From positions 89,943 through 153,942 of the forward strand of contig JAZDEY010000044.1 of NCBI GenBank assembly GCA_043808325.1: a DNA stretch of 64,000 bases. Direction: 5' to 3'. The notes under the pieces are model-generated. The model saw nothing but the letters and a program-made list of their open reading frames with translations, did no database searches and had not been told where the DNA came from. A program made the translations under genes and the position numbers. Below, one piece after another: positions 41,305 to 50,542 of the stretch. Positions within the stretch are counted from its first letter, which is position 1. Every line of letters begins with the position of its first letter. The stretch is from Candidatus Eiseniibacteriota bacterium (GTDB lineage Bacteria; Arandabacterota; Arandabacteria; Arandabacterales; Arandabacteraceae).

Positions 41305-41512
41305 CTTGCTATCACTCTAATTCGCCTGATCGCCGGTGTCAAGGGCGCAGCGAGGGATGCGCACCGCCTATCTTACGCGGGCATCCCGGCGCTACCACAG
41401 GCCCAAAGGCCTTGACTCCCAGCGGCGTCCTGTAGTAGCTTGTCGGAGGGCTTTCACGGTGGGATCATGCCCTGAAGGCCCCATTTTGGTGCGTTCCGGA
41501 GCGACAGGTGTT

Positions 41513-42547
41513 ATGGCCAGCATATCCCTAGCCAGAGTCAAAGCGATCCTCGCCGAGATCAGGACCAAGCAGGTGATGGTGATCGGCGATGTGATGCTTG
41601 ACCGTTACCTATGGGGGAGTGTCTCAAGAATCTCTCCAGAGGCACCCGTGCCCGTGGTTGAGATCACCGAGGAGACGACCAGGCTGGGAGGCGCCGCCAA
41701 TGTCGCCAACAACATAGTCTCGCTTGGTGCGTCCTGCCGGATCTTCGGAGTAGTCGGCAACGATCACGACGGGGGCGACCTCACCAGGATGATTGAGAGG
41801 CAGGGTATAGTAGCAAGCGGTCTCGTTACCGACCCCGCACGCCCCACAACCGTGAAAACCCGAATCATCGCTCACAACCAACAGGTGGTCCGAGCCGATA
41901 GGGAACTCAGGGCCGAGGTCGATGGGGCGGTGGCGGATGCCCTGCTGGAGCGGGTGACGGCCGGGCTTGCCGGCTTTGATGCCGTCGTCATCTCCGATTA
42001 CGGCAAGGGAGTAATCACCGGGCGGCTGCTCGAGACCTTGATCCCCAGGGCGAGGGCGGCAGGCAAGATTGTCTCCGTGGACCCGAAAGAGGTTCAGTTC
42101 AGAAACTACAAGAGGGTGTCGCTGATCACACCCAATCAGTTTGAGGCGGGTGGTGTGGCGGGCAGGCGGATAACCGATGAGAAGTCGCTTAAGGAAGTAG
42201 GTTGGCAGATATTCGATATGCTCGAGCCTGATGCTCTCCTGGTGACCCGGGGCGAAAAGGGCATGTCCCTGTTTCAAGGGGGGCGCAAGTACATCCACTT
42301 TCCCACGGTGGCAAGACACGTCTATGATGTTACGGGCGCCGGCGACACCGTGATTTGTTCCTTCACGCTTGCCCTCACGGGAGGAGCCACTATGGCCGAG
42401 GCCGCCCAGATCGCTAACCATGCAGCGGGCATCGTTATTCGAGAAGTGGGTACGGCGGCTGTGGTGGCATCGGATCTCGTGAGTGCGTTTGAGAATCTCG
42501 AAGACGATACGCCCGATAAGGGGGGCGTGCGGGGACCGGGGGTGTGA
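41513..42547 (+). CDS. hldA: D-glycero-beta-D-manno-heptose-7-phosphate kinase (RfaE domain I, PfkB family)
   Basis: N-terminus VMVIGDVMLDRYLWGSVSRISPEAPVPVV and a C-terminal DVTGAGDT motif. The ATG at 41513 is preferred over the upstream start, which adds about 60 non-homologous residues. Confidence 0.7.
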   Translation: MASISLARVKAILAEIRTKQVMVIGDVMLDRYLWGSVSRISPEAPVPVVEITEETTRLGGAANVANNIVSLGASCRIFGVVGNDHDGGDLTRMIERQGIVASGLVTDPARPTTVKTRIIAHNQQVVRADRELRAEVDGAVADALLERVTAGLAGFDAVVISDYGKGVITGRLLETLIPRARAAGKIVSVDPKEVQFRNYKRVSLITPNQFEAGGVAGRRITDEKSLKEVGWQIFDMLEPDALLVTRGEKGMSLFQGGRKYIHFPTVARHVYDVTGAGDTVICSFTLALTGGATMAEAAQIANHAAGIVIREVGTAAVVASDLVSAFENLEDDTPDKGGVRGPGV

Positions 42548-42548
42548 T

Positions 42549-43037
42549 ATGGGACTGGTTCTTACGATCGATCGCCTAGCTCGAGAAAGACAGACGGCCA
42601 GGGATCAAAACAAGAGATTCGTGTTCACCAACGGGTGTTTTGATCTCGTCCACCGGGGCCACGTCGAGATACTCAAGGCCGCCAAGGGCCTCGGCGACCT
42701 ATTGTGTGTCGGCGTCAACAGTGATCAATCGATCAGGAGGCTCAAAGGCCCCCGAAGGCCGATTGTGCCGGAGGCCGATCGGGCGGCGGTGGTGGCGGCC
42801 CTGGAATCGGTAGACTTCGTCACGCTCTTTGACGAGGACACCCCTCGGAGCGTTATCGCACGGCTGAGGCCGGACGTACTTGTCAAAGGCGCCGATTACG
42901 GCATGGACGAAATCGTCGGCCGCAGCGAGGTCGAGGAGGCAGGCGGAATCGTTGTCAGGATTCCGCTGTACGGAGGACTCTCGACCGAGAATCTCCTCAA
43001 GGAAATAGCGCGGCGCTACCGGGATCTGGTCGATTGA
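42549..43037 (+). CDS. hldC: D-glycero-beta-D-manno-heptose-1-phosphate adenylyltransferase (RfaE domain II)
   Basis: Cytidylyltransferase motif FTNGCFDLVHRGHVEIL, 162 aa. A separate gene 1 nt after the kinase stop. Confidence 0.75.
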   Translation: MGLVLTIDRLARERQTARDQNKRFVFTNGCFDLVHRGHVEILKAAKGLGDLLCVGVNSDQSIRRLKGPRRPIVPEADRAAVVAALESVDFVTLFDEDTPRSVIARLRPDVLVKGADYGMDEIVGRSEVEEAGGIVVRIPLYGGLSTENLLKEIARRYRDLVD

Positions 43038-43131
43038 CGGGAGATCTTGGACGGAATGCGGTGGGCGATACTCCGGTAGAGCCCGACGCTCGAACCATAA
43101 TGCGACAGACCGTATAGAAAGGGGTGGCACT

Positions 43132-44457
43132 GTGCAACGCACACGGGTTGTAATAATGGGGGCGGCCGGAAGGGACTTCCACAATTTCAATGTCTTTTTC
43201 CGGGACAGGCCTCAGTACGAAGTTGTGGCCTTCACCGCCACGCAGATTCCGCACATAACGGGGAGAGCCTATCCTCGCGAGCTGGCCGGCAGACTCTATC
43301 CTAAGGGGATCAGGATACGCCCTGAAGAGGACTTGGATAAGATCATAAAGGGTGGCAGAGTGGACCTGGTGGTCTTCTCCTACAGCGACGTTCGCCATCT
43401 TGACGTGATGCATAAGGCGTCTCGGGCGATCGCGGCCGGGGCGGACTTCATGTTGCTTGGCGCCCGATCGACATGGCTTCGGTCCCGGCGATCGGTTGTG
43501 GCTGTCTGCGCGACAAGAACGGGCTCCGGCAAGAGCCAGACAACTGGCAAGGTCTGCGACATCCTAGAGGAGATGGGCAAAAGGGTGGTTGTTGTCAGAC
43601 ACCCGATGCCGTATGGGAATCTTGCAAAACAGGCGGTTCAGCGGTTCGCACGAGAAGAAGACCTCAACCTTCATAAGTGCACGATTGAGGAGCGAGAAGA
43701 GTACGAGCCCCACATCAAGAGCGGAAGGATCGTCTATGCCGGGGTAGACTACGGGGCGATCTTGAAACGGGCGGAACGTGAAGCCGACGTGGTTGTCTGG
43801 GACGGCGGCAACAATGATCTTCCGTTCTACCGACCCGATCTTCATATAGTGGTGGTCGACCCGCACCGACCTGACGACCAGACCACAAGCCATCCCGGAG
43901 AAGCCAACCTCCGAATGGCTGACGTTATAGTGATTAATAAGATGGATACTGCGCGTCGCAGCGATGTCATCAAAGTGACCAGAACCATTGACTCGCTGAA
44001 TCCGGATGCGAAGGTAATCCGAGCAGCTTCACCGATCGATGTGGACTGCCCGCACCTGATCCGCGGCAAGCGTGTGCTGGTGATAGAGGATGGGCCTACC
44101 CTGACGCACGGCGACATGAATTTCGGCGCCGGCATAGTTGCAGCAAAGAAGTACAAGGCCGCGAAGCTGGTGGATCCTCGCCCGTTCGCGGTGGGTGAGC
44201 TTAAGGAGACCCTGAAGAAATATCCGCGGATTGTGAACCTGATTCCCGCGATGGGTTATACCGAAAGCCAGAGACGCGATCTCGAGACAACGATCAGGGC
44301 GACAAGATGTGATGCGGTCGTCAACGCCACTCCCGCCGACCTGAGCGCTATCATAGATATCGATGTGCCGGTTGTAAGGGTCACCTACCATCTGAGTGAA
44401 ATCGGTAAACCAGACTTGAGATCCGTCCTTAGGAGTTCCCTAAGGCAGAGGAGGTAG
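43132..44457 (+). CDS. P-loop protein resembling cyclic 2,3-diphosphoglycerate synthetase
   Basis: N-terminus VVIMGAAGRDFHNFNVFFRD and an internal P-loop ATRTGSGKSQTTGKV, about 440 aa. The family assignment is from memory of the annotated family and is not verified. Confidence 0.4.
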   Translation: MQRTRVVIMGAAGRDFHNFNVFFRDRPQYEVVAFTATQIPHITGRAYPRELAGRLYPKGIRIRPEEDLDKIIKGGRVDLVVFSYSDVRHLDVMHKASRAIAAGADFMLLGARSTWLRSRRSVVAVCATRTGSGKSQTTGKVCDILEEMGKRVVVVRHPMPYGNLAKQAVQRFAREEDLNLHKCTIEEREEYEPHIKSGRIVYAGVDYGAILKRAEREADVVVWDGGNNDLPFYRPDLHIVVVDPHRPDDQTTSHPGEANLRMADVIVINKMDTARRSDVIKVTRTIDSLNPDAKVIRAASPIDVDCPHLIRGKRVLVIEDGPTLTHGDMNFGAGIVAAKKYKAAKLVDPRPFAVGELKETLKKYPRIVNLIPAMGYTESQRRDLETTIRATRCDAVVNATPADLSAIIDIDVPVVRVTYHLSEIGKPDLRSVLRSSLRQRR

Positions 44458-44460
44458 GAT

Positions 44461-45600
44461 TTGAAACTGCACGAGTATCAGGCGAAGGAGATCTTTGCAA
44501 AGTTCGGAATTCCGATACCCGCCGGTGAGGTTGCAGGCACCGCCGGTGAAGCCATGGCGATCGCTGCCAGGGTCGGCAAGAAGGTCGTGATAAAGGCTCA
44601 GGTGCACGTGGGCGGACGCGGCAAAGCCGGCGGGATCAAGTTTGCTTCCACACCGGAGGAGGCCCTCCAGGTCGCGGGCCGGATTCTCGCGATGTCGATC
44701 AAGGGTTTGCCGGTAAAGAAGCTCTTGGTCTACGAATGTGTCGACGTCGCCGATGAATACTACCTGGGCATCATCGTCGATAGGAAGTCGCAGAGGCCGG
44801 TAGTGATGGTGAGCGCCGAAGGCGGGGTCGACATCGAGGAGGTCGCAAGGCAGAGCCCGGAGGAGATCCACAAGTGCTTTGTCGATCCCACCAGGGGGCT
44901 CTTGGCTTATGAGGCCCGCCATCTGGCGTTTGGTATCATTGCCGACGGCAATCTTGCGATCAAGACCGCTTCGGTGCTCCAGAAGCTCTACACCGTGTTC
45001 ACGTCGGTTGATGCATCGCTTGCCGAGATCAATCCTTTCGTCAGGACCTCTTCCGGCGAGATGATTGCGCTGGATGCCAAGCTCAATATAGATGACAACG
45101 CACTGGACAAGAGACCCGAGCTCGAGAAGATGCGGGATCTCGATGCCGAGAACCCTTACGAGACCAAAGCCCGGCAGAGGGGCCTCAGTTACGTGAAGCT
45201 TGATGGCTCGATCGGCTGCATAGTGAACGGCGCCGGTCTCGCAATGGCCACGATGGACATGATCAAGCACTACGGGGGCGAGCCCGCGAATTTCCTGGAT
45301 ATCGGCGGCAGCTCGAGCCCCGAGAAGGTAACCACGGCAATCGAAATAGTCCTGTCCGATAAGAACGTCAAAACGATACTCTTCAATATATTCGGCGGTA
45401 TCACCAGGTGCGACGATGTTGCCAGAGGGATCGTTGCCGCGCTGAGGGAGATGCAGATCCGGGTGCCGGTTGTCGTCCGTCTGACGGGGACAAATGAGGA
45501 CGCAGCACGGGAAATCCTCCGTGAGGTCGAGGTCGTGTCTGTTGCCGCGATGGATGATGGCGTCAGGGAAGTGATAAGACTGAGCAGAAGGGACACATAA
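44461..45600 (+). CDS. sucC: succinyl-CoA synthetase beta subunit
   Basis: N-terminus MKLHEYQAKEIFAKFGIP..., an ATP-grasp domain and a C-terminal CoA-ligase domain. TTG start after GGCAGAGGAGG. Confidence 0.9.
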   Translation: MKLHEYQAKEIFAKFGIPIPAGEVAGTAGEAMAIAARVGKKVVIKAQVHVGGRGKAGGIKFASTPEEALQVAGRILAMSIKGLPVKKLLVYECVDVADEYYLGIIVDRKSQRPVVMVSAEGGVDIEEVARQSPEEIHKCFVDPTRGLLAYEARHLAFGIIADGNLAIKTASVLQKLYTVFTSVDASLAEINPFVRTSSGEMIALDAKLNIDDNALDKRPELEKMRDLDAENPYETKARQRGLSYVKLDGSIGCIVNGAGLAMATMDMIKHYGGEPANFLDIGGSSSPEKVTTAIEIVLSDKNVKTILFNIFGGITRCDDVARGIVAALREMQIRVPVVVRLTGTNEDAAREILREVEVVSVAAMDDGVREVIRLSRRDT

Positions 45601-46614
45601 ATGGGCGTCTTGGTCGGGAAGAACACACGCGTTGTTGTGCAGGGCATAACCGGAAGAGACGGAAGGTTCCATGCCCTTCAGATGAGAGAATACGGCACAA
45701 AGGTGGTTGCCGGCGTGACCCCGGGCAAAGCCGGGCAGACAGTGGATGGGATTCCAGTGTTTAACTCGGTTGCGGATGCAGTGAAGATGACACGCGCGAA
45801 TGCATCGGTGATATATGTTCCTTCATTTGCCGCAGCGGACGCGATCTACGAAGCGTGCGACGCAGGGATCAAGGTGATCGTCTGCATCAGCGAGGGAATC
45901 CCCACCCAGGAGATGGTCAAGCTGGTGGATTACTGTAAGCAGAGGAAGGCGCGGCTGGTGGGCCCCAACTGCCCCGGTGTGATAACCCCCGGTGAGGCAA
46001 AGGTGGGTATAATGCCGGGTAGGATTCATAAGCCCGGATCGGTTGGTGTGGTGTCGAGGAGCGGGACCCTGACCTATGAGGTGGTCTATCATCTGACTAA
46101 GCGCGGCATCGGCCAGTCCACCTGTATCGGCATCGGAGGCGATCCCATAATCGGCACCAACTTCATCGACGCTCTCAGGTTGTTCCAGGCAGACCGCGAT
46201 ACCAAAGCGATAGTGCTGATCGGGGAGATCGGCGGCACCGACGAAGAGGAGGCAGCGAAGTTTGTGCGGAAGAGCGTCACCAAGCCGGTGGTCGCTTTTG
46301 TGGCGGGCATCACCGCGCCGCCCGGCAAGCGAATGGGCCATGCCGGCGCGATAATCGCCGGCGGTGCTGGAACTGCGAAAGAGAAGATAGAAGCCTTCAG
46401 GGCAGCAGGGATTCCGGTGGCCGAGACACCGGCCGAGATTGCGGATCTGATTGCCCGGAAACTCGAGAAGAAAACGGAGAAGAAAACGGAGAAGAAGACG
46501 AAAAAGAAAATCGCAGGGAGAGTTACTGCGAAGATGCGGGCGAACAAGCCGCGAAACAAAATCAGCAAAAAGGGCAAATCAGGTGTTAAAAAGCTTGACA
46601 AAGAGTTGCGATAG
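45601..46614 (+). CDS. sucD: succinyl-CoA synthetase alpha subunit with lysine-rich C-terminal extension
   Basis: A canonical SucD core to about residue 290 (active-site His region GHAGAII). It is followed by about 45 extra residues [49 protein letters not shown]. Confidence 0.85.
   Translation: MGVLVGKNTRVVVQGITGRDGRFHALQMREYGTKVVAGVTPGKAGQTVDGIPVFNSVADAVKMTRANASVIYVPSFAAADAIYEACDAGIKVIVCISEGIPTQEMVKLVDYCKQRKARLVGPNCPGVITPGEAKVGIMPGRIHKPGSVGVVSRSGTLTYEVVYHLTKRGIGQSTCIGIGGDPIIGTNFIDALRLFQADRDTKAIVLIGEIGGTDEEEAAKFVRKSVTKPVVAFVAGITAPPGKRMGHAGAIIAGGAGTAKEKIEAFRAAGIPVAETPAEIADLIARKLEKKTEKKTEKKTKKKIAGRVTAKMRANKPRNKISKKGKSGVKKLDKELR
46465..46500 (+). repeat. 3 x 12-nt tandem repeat (gagaagaaaacg) encoding EKKT repeats in the sucD tail
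   Basis: gagaagaaaacg gagaagaaaacg gagaagaagacg. Confidence 0.8.
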
Positions 46615-46727
46615 TTGTGGAATCTGCAAGGAGTGTGATCGGTCCTCCTCGGAAATCGCTCAGACCTCTTGAGGTTGCGGTGAGGTTGAGCCGGGAGGAC
46701 AAACCAAGAGAAGGGGGGATTGAGGTC

Positions 46728-46787
46728 ATGCCGAAGAAAGCCAAGAAGGCCGTCAAGAAGACGAAGAAGGCGACGAAAAAGAGATAA
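46728..46787 (+). CDS. candidate 19-aa lysine-rich micro-ORF (MPKKAKKAVKKTKKATKKR)
   Basis: ATG 7 nt after GGGGGGATTGAGG, with 11 of 19 residues Lys. It is below the 60-aa ORF-track cutoff. The call is speculative. Confidence 0.2.
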   Translation: MPKKAKKAVKKTKKATKKR

Positions 46788-46973
46788 GCAATCTGAGAAT
46801 TCTGATTGTTCGAGGGCGGCAGGCTCTAAGGCCTGCCGCTCTTGCTATCACGGGTGTCCCGGGCAAAATGAAGTTGCGGGGCATGGACTGTTGTGTTATA
46901 GAGAAAAGAGGTTCGACCGAGCATCGACCAAGGGTTCCATCACCGGGACCCTTTTTAAGTGGGAGGACGGAAC

Positions 46974-47381
46974 GTGGAAAGAACCCTTTTCATCGTGAAA
47001 CCTGATGCCGTGGAGCGAGATCTGATCGGGAAGATTCTCGCGATGATCGAAGACGGCGGTCTCAGGATTGCGGCGTTGAAGATGACCAGACTCTCCGAGC
47101 GTACCGCCGGAGAGTTCTATCATGTCCACCGAGGCAAGGAGTTCTACGGCAATTTGGTCTCATACATGACCTCAGGCCGAATCGTAGCCGGGGTTGCCGA
47201 AGGCGACGATGCGATCAAGCGCTTGAGAGGCGCGTGCGGCGCCACAAATCCGACGGCCGCCGCGGGTGGAACGATACGAGCTACCTACGGCGTCAACCTG
47301 ACCATGAACTCGATTCATGCGTCCGACTCGCCTGCCACCGCCCAGGAGGAGGTCGGATTCTTTTTCTCTGATCTTGAGTAG
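46974..47381 (+). CDS. ndk: nucleoside diphosphate kinase
   Basis: N-terminus ERTLFIVKPDAVER and the active-site NSIHASDS. The GTG at 46974 lies 6 nt after GGGAGGA; the track's start at 46959 is in the same frame. Confidence 0.85.
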   Translation: MERTLFIVKPDAVERDLIGKILAMIEDGGLRIAALKMTRLSERTAGEFYHVHRGKEFYGNLVSYMTSGRIVAGVAEGDDAIKRLRGACGATNPTAAAGGTIRATYGVNLTMNSIHASDSPATAQEEVGFFFSDLE

Positions 47382-47498
47382 GGCAGCCCGAGGGCTAGGC
47401 CGGCCTTGGGCGGACTGGATCAGGAGCGCGTGATAGCGCCGAATACCGATCGGATAGTATATAGTATAATGATTAGGTGCCGCAGGGGGACTTAGGCT

Positions 47499-48344
47499 AT
47501 GTTCAGGATCAGGCAGAAGAAGGTATTGGCGCCCGGAACCAAGCAGTTCATCGTCGATGCGCCGCTCGTCGCGTCCAAGGTCCAACCTGGGCAGTTTGTG
47601 GTCTTGAGAGTCTGTGAGGAAGGCGAACGGATTCCACTTACGGTTGCCGATTTCGACCGTGGTAGCGGCAGCCTTACCCTGATATTTCAGGAGGTCGGCA
47701 AGACCACCAAACTGCTCGGTACGCTTGAGGCCGGGGAAGGAATTCTCGATCTTGTCGGCCCGCTTGGAAAGCCTACCCACATTGAGCGGTTCGGAAAGGT
47801 TGCCTGTGTGGGGGGCGGGATAGGTGTTGCGCCGGTCTATCCGATCGCGCGTGCTCTCAGAGAGAAAGGCAATCACGTTGTGTCGATAATAGGGGCGCGA
47901 TCCCGAGATCTCCTGATCCTGGAGGCCGAGATGACTGCGGCGAGTGACGAGATATCAGTCACGACGGACGACGGTTCTTACGGCAAGAAGGCCTTCGTTA
48001 CCCAGGAGATGGAGAGATTCGTAAAGGAAGGTTACAGGTTTGACTTTGCGATCGGCATCGGACCGGTCCCGATGATGCGCGCCTTTGCCGCAATGACTTC
48101 GAAGCTCGCGATTCCAGCCAAGGTCAGCCTCAACCCCATTATGGTAGATGGTACCGGGATGTGTGGGGTCTGCCGCGTCAGCGTGGGAGGCAAGACCAGA
48201 TTCGCCTGTGTCGACGGCCCTGAGTTCGATGCGGCCGAGGTGGACTTCGATCTGCTCTGTGCACGGCAGTTGACTTACTGCGACGAAGAAAGATCCTCTC
48301 TGGACAGATTCAATTCCGAACGATGTGAGGGGTGTTCAAAGTGA
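47499..48344 (+). CDS. NfnA/SudB-type ferredoxin-NADP+ reductase subunit (PyrK-like FAD/[2Fe-2S])
   Basis: PyrK-like FAD-binding barrel plus the C-terminal Cys cluster GMCGVCRV...FACVDGPEF. Paired with the downstream GltD-like subunit. Confidence 0.7.
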   Translation: MFRIRQKKVLAPGTKQFIVDAPLVASKVQPGQFVVLRVCEEGERIPLTVADFDRGSGSLTLIFQEVGKTTKLLGTLEAGEGILDLVGPLGKPTHIERFGKVACVGGGIGVAPVYPIARALREKGNHVVSIIGARSRDLLILEAEMTAASDEISVTTDDGSYGKKAFVTQEMERFVKEGYRFDFAIGIGPVPMMRAFAAMTSKLAIPAKVSLNPIMVDGTGMCGVCRVSVGGKTRFACVDGPEFDAAEVDFDLLCARQLTYCDEERSSLDRFNSERCEGCSK

Positions 48345-49753
48345 ACGGCGAACAGGCCAGGCCCAGGGCAAGGGCCAAACGAGAGCCTATGCCGCGGCAG
48401 GATCCCCATGTCAGGCGCCGTAACTTCGAAGAGGTCGCGCTGGGCTACACCGAGGAACAGGCCGTCAGGGAAGCGCAGCGGTGCCTCAAGTGCAAGAAGA
48501 AGCCTTGCGTTGGCGGCTGTCCGGTAGAGATTGAGATTCCCGAGTTTGTAGCTTTGATCGGCCAGGGCCGGTTCGACGAAGCGGTGGCGAAGCTGAAGGA
48601 GCAAAACAGTCTCCCTGCGATATGCGGCAGGGTATGTCCTCAGGAAGACCAATGTGAGAAGCAGTGCGTGCTCGGGGTCAAGGCGGAGCCGGTGGCGATT
48701 GGAAGGCTGGAGCGATTTGCGGCCGACTACGAGATGAGGGCCGGGAAAACCAGCATTCCCAATCTGCCGCTGCCGACCGGCAAGCGCGTGGCTGTTGTGG
48801 GCTCGGGGCCTGCGGGTCTCACGCTTGCAGGCGATCTCGCAAAGATCGGTCATCGGGTGACCGTCTTCGAAGCTCTTCATAAACCCGGCGGCGTTCTGGT
48901 CTATGGGATCCCTGAATTCAGGTTGCCCAAGGACATCGTTAGACATGAGGTGGAATATATCGAAAGGCTGGGAGTGGAGATTGTTGCCAACTTCGTGGTC
49001 GGCAAGACCCGAACCGTCCCGGAACTTCTCGAGGAGGGTTTCAAGGCGGTGTTCATCGGGACCGGCGCCGGACTTCCCTATTTCATGAACATACCGGGTG
49101 AGAACCTCAATGGTGTTTACTCCGCCAACGAGTTTCTGACGCGATCCAATCTTATGAAGGCTTATCTGTTCCCCAAGTACGACACCCCGATCAAGGTCGG
49201 GAAACGTGTTGCGGTGGTCGGGGGCGGCAACGTCGCGATGGATTCGGCGCGCACGGCGATGCGGCTGGGTGCTGAAGAGGTCTACTGCATCTACCGGCGG
49301 TCCAAGACGGAGATGCCCGCAAGAGGCGAGGAGATCGAGAACGCTCTTGAGGAAGAGATGATCCTAAAGGAGCTCACCAATCCGGTGAGAATAATCGGCA
49401 ATGAGAAGGGCTGGGTGAAAGAGATAGAGTGTATCAAGATGGATCTGGGGGAACCGGACGCAAGTGGGCGGCGGCGGCCGGTGCCTGTAGAAGGCTCCGA
49501 GTTTCGGATTGAAGTCGATGTTGTGGTGATGGCGATAGGCCAGGGTCCCAACCCACTGGTGCCTTCGACTACCGAAGGTCTCAAGACGACCAAGTGGGGA
49601 AACATCATTGCAGACGAGACCACCGGGGCCACAAGCATCGATGGCGTGTTCGCAGGCGGCGACATCGTCACGGGAGCGGCGACCGTCATACTTGCGATGG
49701 GCGCAGGGAGGAAAGCCGCGAGGGCCATAGATGCGTACCTGCAAGAGGCCTGA
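48332..49753 (+). CDS. NfnB/SudA-type NADPH-dependent oxidoreductase (glutamate synthase small-subunit family)
   Basis: N-terminal 2x[4Fe-4S] motifs (CLKCKKKPCVGGCP, CGRVCPQEDQCEKQC) and two FAD/NAD(P)-binding Rossmann motifs (VAVVGSGPAG, VAVVGGGNVAMD). Confidence 0.75.
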   Translation: MFKVNGEQARPRARAKREPMPRQDPHVRRRNFEEVALGYTEEQAVREAQRCLKCKKKPCVGGCPVEIEIPEFVALIGQGRFDEAVAKLKEQNSLPAICGRVCPQEDQCEKQCVLGVKAEPVAIGRLERFAADYEMRAGKTSIPNLPLPTGKRVAVVGSGPAGLTLAGDLAKIGHRVTVFEALHKPGGVLVYGIPEFRLPKDIVRHEVEYIERLGVEIVANFVVGKTRTVPELLEEGFKAVFIGTGAGLPYFMNIPGENLNGVYSANEFLTRSNLMKAYLFPKYDTPIKVGKRVAVVGGGNVAMDSARTAMRLGAEEVYCIYRRSKTEMPARGEEIENALEEEMILKELTNPVRIIGNEKGWVKEIECIKMDLGEPDASGRRRPVPVEGSEFRIEVDVVVMAIGQGPNPLVPSTTEGLKTTKWGNIIADETTGATSIDGVFAGGDIVTGAATVILAMGAGRKAARAIDAYLQEA

Positions 49754-49800
49754 TTGGCTTGACACACAATTCGGGGTCGAGTAACATAGCGGAGTAGATC

Positions 49801-50325
49801 GTGATAAGGCTGGATATCAGCTCAATCCCGGAAGGGTGCTCTCACGAGGATCTCGAGGAAGACTCTTCCGAACTTGACATCACTCTGGAGGGAGGTCGTC
49901 TGGCCTCACCTTTGACCGCGAGCCTCGACATCACCAGAAATGGTGATGAGATCTTTCTCACCGGACGGGCAAGCGTGAAGGTGGTGTTTGAGTGTGCGCG
50001 ATGCCTCGAGGAGTATACGTGCGTGCTCCAGAGCCCGGTCGAACTTGTGGTGGTCCTGAAAGATGACGCCGGCGAGGAAGGTGCTTGTGAGGGCCAGGAG
50101 AATCTGATGCAGGTGCCCAACGGTTCCAAGTACGCCGATCTCACGGATGAGATACGGAGCGAGCTGCTGGTTAGGATGCCGATAAAGCCGCTCTGCCGGG
50201 ACACCTGCAAGGGTCTGTGTCCGGAGTGCGGCGCCAATCTCAATCCTGAGAAATGCTCGTGCAAGCAGGTCAGCGCCGATTCAAGATGGAATGCTCTAAA
50301 TAGCTTGAAGAAAGATCAACACTAG
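49801..50325 (+). CDS. yceD: YceD/DUF177 (large-subunit rRNA accumulation protein)
   Basis: C-terminal CRDTCKGLCPECGANLN motif and the conserved position upstream of rpmF-plsX. Confidence 0.7.
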   Translation: MIRLDISSIPEGCSHEDLEEDSSELDITLEGGRLASPLTASLDITRNGDEIFLTGRASVKVVFECARCLEEYTCVLQSPVELVVVLKDDAGEEGACEGQENLMQVPNGSKYADLTDEIRSELLVRMPIKPLCRDTCKGLCPECGANLNPEKCSCKQVSADSRWNALNSLKKDQH

Positions 50326-50349
50326 CCTGCGAATAAAGGAGTTAACGCT

Positions 50350-50526
50350 ATGGCATTGCCAAAACGAAGGGTCTCAAAGACCAAGAAGCGACAGCGGCGC
50401 ACCCACTGGAAGCTCGCGGTACCGGGGCTTACCAGATGCGCTAAGTGCGACGAGGTCGTAGCCCCTCACAGAGTATGTCCGCACTGTGGTTACTACAAAG
50501 GCCGCAAGGTGATGGAGACGGAGTAA
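50350..50526 (+). CDS. rpmF: 50S ribosomal protein L32
   Basis: [22 protein letters not shown]...[23 protein letters not shown], a zinc-ribbon L32 of 58 aa. Absent from the ORF track because it is under 60 aa. Confidence 0.9.
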   Translation: MALPKRRVSKTKKRQRRTHWKLAVPGLTRCAKCDEVVAPHRVCPHCGYYKGRKVMETE

Positions 50527-50542
50527 CCTCGGCCTGAGCCGT

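Noticed and set aside
46720-46998. A 92-aa Arg-rich ORF (MRSCRRKPRRPSRRRRRRRKRD...) overlapping the lysine-rich micro-ORF.
   Set aside because: It is the +2 reading of the same AAG/AAA-rich stretch and has a TTG start with no RBS. The ATG-initiated 19-aa lysine-rich frame is the more plausible coding frame, if either is real.
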